DNA from: Marsupella aquatica
Taxonomy: Eukaryota > Plantae > Marchantiophyta
NCBI GenBank assembly: GCA_973895155.1
Contig: OZ316895.1
Coordinates: forward strand, 18,113,880-18,177,879
DNA: 64,000 nt
Reading direction: 5' to 3'
The notes beneath the pieces are model-generated. The model made no database searches. It worked only from the letters and a program-made list of their open reading frames with translations, and was not told the origin of the DNA. Made by a program: the position numbers and the translations under genes. Shown piece after piece: positions 57,423-64,000 of this stretch (the first letter of the stretch is position 1; every line of letters starts with the position of its first letter).

Positions 57423-58316
57423 CTTCTTCTTTGGCACTATCGTGAGCTCCAGTAGTAGAACTGCTTCCTCCACCACACGCCGCACCGGTGATGGTACCGG
57501 CGTCACGTGTTCTTCCTCTTGCTCCTCTCTCTCCACCTCAAACCGTCATGGTGATCCTCGTGCTTCAAGTTTCACGTCTTCAAAAATCTCCTCTGAATCA
57601 CTCATATGACGTGTTCCACGTCTCAAAAATGTGTTCCACGTCTAAAAAAAAATGATGGAGACATGGAACACCTCCATCACTTCCATCAAAAAGGTGTTCC
57701 ACGTCTCAAAAAGGTGTTCCACGTTGCAGAGAAAAAACTTCCATCACATCGCCTTCACTTTGTGCCAAGTGCCAATCCCAGACTCAAAATGATCACTTCG
57801 CCACCCGCTTTGCCACAATCTCAATGTTGAGCCTTAGAAATTTGCGTTTCTCCCTCCGAGTCGGACGTCACAATGAGAAACTCGGTTCAGATGGGAACAA
57901 GCTACATAGCATGTGAAAAAATTTGAACGCATCTTTCAATTGCCATGACGCACTCGGTAACACTTGGTAGCAACTCAGCTACTAAAATGACCAGCTTGCT
58001 TCAATCTTCAACTTGAGCTATAACATGCGACGCCTCCCGCATCGCACAACTCAAACCGAACTTGCAAACACAAACTCTGGTCTCTCCCCCAAAAAACCGT
58101 CAAACATGAGAAACTTCTAAACAACGCAAACTTAGATTCCTCCGCACCACGGATACCAACCAGTGAGTTCTATACACCGATAGAAAGCCCTCTCACTAAT
58201 CTATCCGCTTAGCCATACACATTCAAGTTTCATGCGACAAAACTCTGAATGCAACACCGCTAGAGAAACCGTCACAAAATAACCTCATCACCTCCCAGGC
58301 ATGCTCTGATACCAAT

Positions 58317-58662
58317 TGTTGAGCATAGATGACAATTGCAACAGCAAGCCCATGAACTATCCAACACACAAGAGTTGACACAGAGAGATACGTGGTTCAC
58401 CTCCACATGAGGCTACGTCCATGAGAACACACAAGAGCTTTACTGCACTCTAGGCCGACCGACCATACCAAGATCCACAACACAAGCTCTCCCTCTCTCA
58501 ACCAGCTCCGCAATAACAAGCCTAAGTTCCGGCCCCCTCTCCAAGCAAACACCGCTTGGTTATAGAGTGTGCACAGCATGACTAACCTAACCAAGTCTGC
58601 GACTAAGGTTAGCCTTAACTACGGTACAATTGTAACTCTAGACCTAAGAGTAAATCCTAACA
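58317..58662 (-). repeat. Copia A 5' LTR
   Basis: TGTTAGG...CTCAACA followed by PBS-Met. Confidence 0.92.
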
Positions 58663-59670
58663 GACCTCAGGGGTTGATCAAGTAATAAGTTTCATTTTAG
58701 GGGTTGATCAAGCAAATACCTCTAGGACCCCAATTGAAAATATTTTACTCAACCAGACCCTAAAGCTGAAATCACTTGGTAGGACTCCAAAAATAGGTTT
58801 CAAAGGGAAAACCCTATAGAGCTGGGTGACAAGGACTTAGGGAGGTGAGAAGGGCGATGTGGGGGAGGGCGAGGGCTAGGGAGAGAGAGGGAAGTATGGC
58901 CCAGGCTCTCCCATCATTTCTTCAAAGGAAACATTGGAGACTCCTGTGTATATTGTAGTGCAAACCAACAAAAACTCCCCACAGGGAGACCAGATCCCAA
59001 AGGCAAAGCTACCCAATAAAGGGGAAGGGAAAAAGTTCCAAAGTAGACCCAAGAGGCTCAAAGTTTTTTCAGCGACTCAGATTTTCCAATCATCTGAGTC
59101 TCTATTGGGGAAGCTCCCATCTATTTTCCAAGGCTGGGAGAAGAAATTTAGAATGTAATTTGTTTGAGTATCAGTGAGGGCAGGGGAGGAGAGTAGTTGC
59201 TACTAGCCTTGTCAGCAGAGATTTGAATGGACAAGGAGTTAGCTGCCACAGGATACATCCCGTACTCAGGTCATAGGCAAAACATAGAATTGTTGGGTAG
59301 ATGAGGTTCATCGTAATTTTTTTAGATATGTGTGTTGGGCTGAGATATTTTGTGGAAATGGTGACATGTCATCAGATACCCGTTTAAGTGTCTCAATGCA
59401 ATTTTCAGTTCCAATTTTGAAATAAAAAACAGCCCATTTTATTTTGATCAACTTGAAGTTTTATTACACTGGAAAATTAATGCAATGACTGTATTTAGTG
59501 GATGTAATGTGGTTTATCTCAACCACTAATTATGGGTGAAATGATCCCTTGTTTCTCATGCTATCTCATCTGCAATGCTAAGAAAATAATCATTTGGGAA
59601 ATAATCCTTCCAGAAACAATGTAACTTTCTGTGAAGACAAAGATGCTAGGAATACTAGTCATCTAGTTTT

Positions 59671-60004
59671 TTTTGTTTTTGTCTTGAACTAAAATGGGGA
59701 AGAACACTTACTAGTCTCTCTCCACCCCAATAGTGACACTTTCTTTGTAGGGAACCCATATGAGGGTGAGCCCCTATGGATCCGACAGGACCTGCACCAG
59801 TAGGGACAGAGGATTAAAGCAGGGCCACAAAGTGGACAACCAGGTGCCGAGTAGATAATCAGAACTCCCATCCACTACTCACAAACCCCATCTCACCCAC
59901 ACACTTATACCTTCCACACCCCTGTGTGTGGAGGGGAGATTGAATCTGGGACCTCTCGGTTCCAGGCTCATCCCCTAGCCAATTCACCTAAGCCTTTTGG
60001 TTCC
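59671..60004 (-). mobile_element. tRNA-derived SINE
   Basis: Box A-like TAGGTGAATTGG and box B-like GATTCAATCTC; A-rich tail; 12-bp TSD TCATCTAGTTTT at 59659..59670 and 60005..60016. Confidence 0.7.
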
Positions 60005-60185
60005 TCATCTAGTTTTACTAAGTTAAATTCTGTGTGAGTTCTCTAGATCTATGGATCACCATTTAGATTCTGGATAGTAATGTCTGTGGTCAAATCTCCC
60101 TAGATTTAAGGATCTCCATTAGATTATGACTAGGGTCTGTGGCTACATGGAAACTGGCTAATGGAACAGAAAAAACATACCAAGA

Positions 60186-60621
60186 GGACGTCTCAAAGTT
60201 TGGCCTTAACAAGATAAAGCCCTCCCATAACTCAAGTATTTTGAGAACTCCTGTAAAAGTTATGGGAGCCGAACTTCGGCTACCATAAGGAAAGCCCGCG
60301 GGCTCAACACTTAACCCGTAACTTTCCAGCAACTTTAGGCGGAAATCCGGGACTCCGGAACTCTGGAAAGCCGCAACTGAAGACACGTGGAAATTGCTCA
60401 TGATGTGGTGATTGCTGCTGCATTTGAGGCAGCGGCTGATCAAGAATTGAGGAAAAAATAATATATGGTACGAGACATGTGAGGCCATAACTCCTGCCTT
60501 ATGAGCGGGTCAATGTTACCTCCCCTCATTTTTTAAATTCTATAACTGGGTCCCATAACTTGAATTATGGAATATATCACAAATCTGTAACTTTCACTAA
60601 TGACTCAGCTTTGAGACGCCC
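60186..60621. mobile_element. Possible Tourist-like MITE
   Basis: Inverted GG(A/G)CGTCTCAAAG ends; no matching TSD. Confidence 0.35.
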
Positions 60622-60882
60622 TAATTATGACCTAAGTGGTCAAGACATAAGCCTTCAGCAAATTTTAGCCACTAAAAATTAATTGTATGTGAGGTGTTCC
60701 TAATCTACATCCAGAGTTTAGGGCAATATTCAAGGGGCTTGCACTCATTCTTCACTTTTGTTTGTGCTTTAAATGAGTTTGGCCTTTTCTAGAAAACTAG
60801 TCCAATGCCCTGTTGATAGTAAGTGATGTTGTGCAACATGTTGTCAAGCATAAGTGAAATAGACAGGCAATGAAACACTACA

Positions 60883-60953
60883 GAGAATTTGTGAGCCAGT
60901 CTGGCAAGTGAATTTCAAAGAATTTGTGAGCCAGTCTGGCAAGTGAATTTCAA
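60883..60953. repeat. Tandem duplication, 35-bp unit x2
   Basis: AGAATTTGTGAGCCAGTCTGGCAAGTGAATTTCAA is repeated. Confidence 0.85.
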
Positions 60954-61476
60954 TGAATGTGTGAGTTGTGGGAGAGAGATCTCATCTCATCTCATGATAA
61001 GTGAAAAATGTTGTCATAATCAAACACCCAGAATTTGTTACAACCAACTCTTAAGTTTTGGTTAACACCTCTTAGGCTAATCGGCATTACGATGTTAATG
61101 GTGATTAGCCGCAACTCTAGTTCCTAGCATATGGGGGAGCAAACTAGGTGCTAGGTGAAGCATCTTGGAGGCTTCATTGTCTCAAAGGTACAAGCTCTCA
61201 GAGTTTTGTACACTTGGAGGCGGTGTCATTGTCTCAAGCCGCTCTGGACTGAGAATTACTTTGCTACCTAGCTTCAGAATATACTTACGGAATAAATTGA
61301 GAGGACTTCCCCAAACTTTCTGATGACCCTCATCCAACCAATCCGATGTAATCGATTGACAGCAATTTATGAAAAAGTGAGAGAGGATTGGGGGGTAACT
61401 CCTGCCCATCCTAATATACTTGAGCCAGACATAGAAAACAAGCTCCAACCAATAAATGTTCTTCCACACATTACAT

Positions 61477-61643
61477 CAGGGGTTCACAAACTATTTTTTG
61501 GGGGGTGGGGGAGAAGCAAAAGGAGTGAGTTAATTTTTTGTCTGACCAACACCAAGGCGCAGGGGTTCACAAACTAATTTTTGTTGCGGTGGGGGAGAAG
61601 CAAAAGGAGTGAGTTAATGTTTCTTCTGACCAACACCAAGGCC
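61477..61643. repeat. Tandem duplication, ~83-bp unit x2
   Basis: CAGGGGTTCACAAACTA...GGGGGAGAAGCAAAAGGAGTGAGTTAAT...CTGACCAACACCAAGGC is repeated. Confidence 0.85.
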
Positions 61644-62131
61644 TCAACCCTTCCTATCCCTTTTGGGTCTTCCATGCCCATCTTTCTCTCTGTGAACGTG
61701 TACGTCCACAACCACAACATTGTACAACTAGAACACAACCTCAACTACCACACGGTAGCAATTAATTATCATATGGCCTCATGGCTTCTTTTGTTTGTCT
61801 TGTAGTGATATAGGTAATGCATTTAATTTATTTTATGATAAAAAAATAGATACATGTAAAGTATATGCCAAGAGTGAGTGACATAACACACAAAACAGTA
61901 AATATATATGCAAAGAAAAGTACAAAGATACTAAAAATTTGTGCACATAGTGTACGGATTTTCACTCGCTTCTAGGTCATGAGCGTAAACTCAATTAAAG
62001 CCATAAATGTTGTAAAGGAAACCATGAGGGAACTTAGTACACCAGATATGCACATTATTCAAATTCACTTTCATGAGAAAAAAAAGAAGTCACTAAGGAG
62101 TGATTTAAAATGAAAGATTAAGCATTTATTT

Positions 62132-62655
62132 GGGGAGCCAAATACATTCAAAATATTCTAAGTTCACTAAAATTAAAAGGGGTTTAAAAGTTAATTCAAA
62201 ATAAATTTAATATAAATTATTCACCTTGTTAAAGCACATTAAAATCAAAATAGTGAACACAAAATATGAATAAGACAAAATTTAAAAAGTGTATTCATCA
62301 TATAAAAATAGTGGACACAAAAACTGAATAAGACAAAATTTGAAAAGTGCATTCACCATATAAAAATAGTGGATACAAAATCTGAACACAAAATCTGAAT
62401 AAGACAAAATTTAAAAAGTGTATTCACCATATAAAAATAGTGGACACAAAAATTAAATAAGACAAAATTTGAAACTCTATGTTGAATCCATGGTGAATCC
62501 ACCTTTCACAGGTTGTCTTATTCAGAGTTTTGGTGTCACATATTTTTATTTCAATGTGCCTTATCAAGGGGCAATATATATATATATATATAATATATAT
62601 ATGACCCCTTTAATTCTAGAATTCTAGAGTATTTTGAATTTATTTTGGCAGCCCC
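62132..62655. mobile_element. AT-rich foldback/MITE with an internal ~52-bp tandem array
   Basis: Inverted ends GGGGAGCCAAATACATTCAAAATATTCTA and TAGAGTATTTTGAATTTATTTTGGCAGCCCC. About four AAAATAGTGGACACAAAA...AATAAGACAAAATTT units lie at 62247..62470. Confidence 0.55.
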
Positions 62656-64000
62656 TTTTTAAATTTTGATGTTTGTGATTTATCAGAAAGAAAGGCTACA
62701 CCACTTGAACAAAGTATTCTCATGAGTGAGAGAAATGGTTCTGATTGTGTCTTAAGTTCCCCTTATGTTTTTCTTTCCTAAGTTTATGATTTTTATTGGA
62801 ATGGGTGTCATTCATGAGGATATTGAAATTAAGTGCAAACATTATAGTATCCTTGATTGTACTTTTCATTGGTCAATGTGCACCAATATTTCTAGTTATG
62901 TTTTCATATTTTATTTACTTTCAAAGCACTACAAGACAAAAACTCAAGCATGTTCTAGTGTAGGATGAACATGCTATATCACCATATAGGAGTTTCAATG
63001 GATAACATGGCCAAAACCACAACACAAACAATTACACTTGTGCAAGGCATTAAATTAGTTCAAACATATCCATGTGTAGAAAGTATACTTATTGAGCAAC
63101 TGTTCGATGATCAGACATCTTCCTCTACGTAAATCCTGTCAGGAGAAGAGGTTACCGATGTGTAACCATTTCTGCAGGGGCCTGCTATAGTCATAATCTA
63201 TTCTCCTGAAAACTTGAACCGGTAACCTCTTTCCGAGCAGGAGTTACATACGCTAATGCAGGGCAGGGCTGGGGTTATAGTCTGTAACCTGCTCCCCGAA
63301 TATTCAAAAAAGCTTTCCGGTAACCGTTGGTCAGCTTATTTTTATATTCCAGACGCAAGATTACAGCCTAATAACCCTGCGCCCAGACCTGCATTACCCT
63401 ATACGGGTTGATGGCGAATTTCAATGGCTCGCTTGTCCAAAGGTAGCCAGGGCCTTGTCACGAAGCTTTTTGTGTGTCCCTGTCTCCATTGCTGTAACGG
63501 GAGGAGGAGCGGAGCTGATGGGCGTTCCCATTATTCAGCCGTTCATATTACCGTTTGGGCCGCATTTCTCGCTCAATGAACACGCCCGTTGCGTTTTAAT
63601 AACAGCGTCGATTACAGCTTTCCACTAACGCAGCGGAGTACATGGGGACAATCAAGAGTCAGTCAATCGAATCACTTAAAAGGCTCTTCACAAAAAGCCT
63701 TTGCGATCAATTGAATTCACGAATTGCCAGTTAATGTAGTGCAGCTACGATCAATTTCCGGTGTACCCCTTTCTCGAGTTTCCACGGCCCACAGCTTCTT
63801 TGACATTGTCGGCCGGTCTCGACCGACCGCCTGCAAGCAAATCTGTTTCATCTAATTGGACTCGATTCTTACCTTCGAATTTTTCAGGGATAAGTGTCTT
63901 ACGCCAGTTGTGAAAGGACATTTCCGAAGAACGAGCTGTATGCTCTGCCGATACTCAACTACGCAAGTTGGAGGACGGAGGACTGTGAGTATTTCTCAGA

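Larger units (their letters stand above)
45724..58662 (-). mobile_element. Ty1/Copia element A (decayed; host of element B)
   Basis: LTRs 58317..58662 and 45724..46066; TSD GACCT on both sides; PBS-Met 58314..58303; PPT 46081..46067; fragmented gag-PR-INT-RT-RH. Confidence 0.93.

Noticed and set aside
59920-60004. Functional tRNA gene
   Set aside because: The boxes are degenerate and I could not form a full cloverleaf. The tail and TSD indicate a SINE.
62247-62470. CRISPR-like array
   Set aside because: The units are contiguous with no unique spacers, there are no cas genes, and the context is eukaryotic.

Overview
Transposon-dense plant nuclear DNA. A non-seed plant such as a liverwort is plausible, but that is inference. 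Only two host-type genes are visible: an intronless ASHH1/SDG26-like SET-domain gene (34732..36486, -) and a two-exon LEA_1-like gene with paired ABREs (44009..45115, -). The rest is nested mobile DNA: a CACTA end, an L1 ORF1, a decayed chromovirus, three Copia elements (two nested in opposite orientation), several MITEs and a tRNA-derived SINE. The main signal is a young Ty3/Gypsy element (<1..12501, -). Its ~4.16-kb LTRs, bounded by a PPT, a PBS and TG...CA termini, each contain a ~1000-aa ORF with a PMD/plant-transposon-like domain plus a long coiled coil. A divergent ~4.0-kb solo LTR (25143..29153, +) carries a clearly homologous gene, and a third decayed homolog probably lies at 23393..24341. 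Together these point to a family of protein-coding giant LTRs. The same element has a candidate programmed -1 frameshift (GGAUUUU plus stem/pseudoknot) between protease and RT. All alignments and family assignments were made by eye, without database searches.
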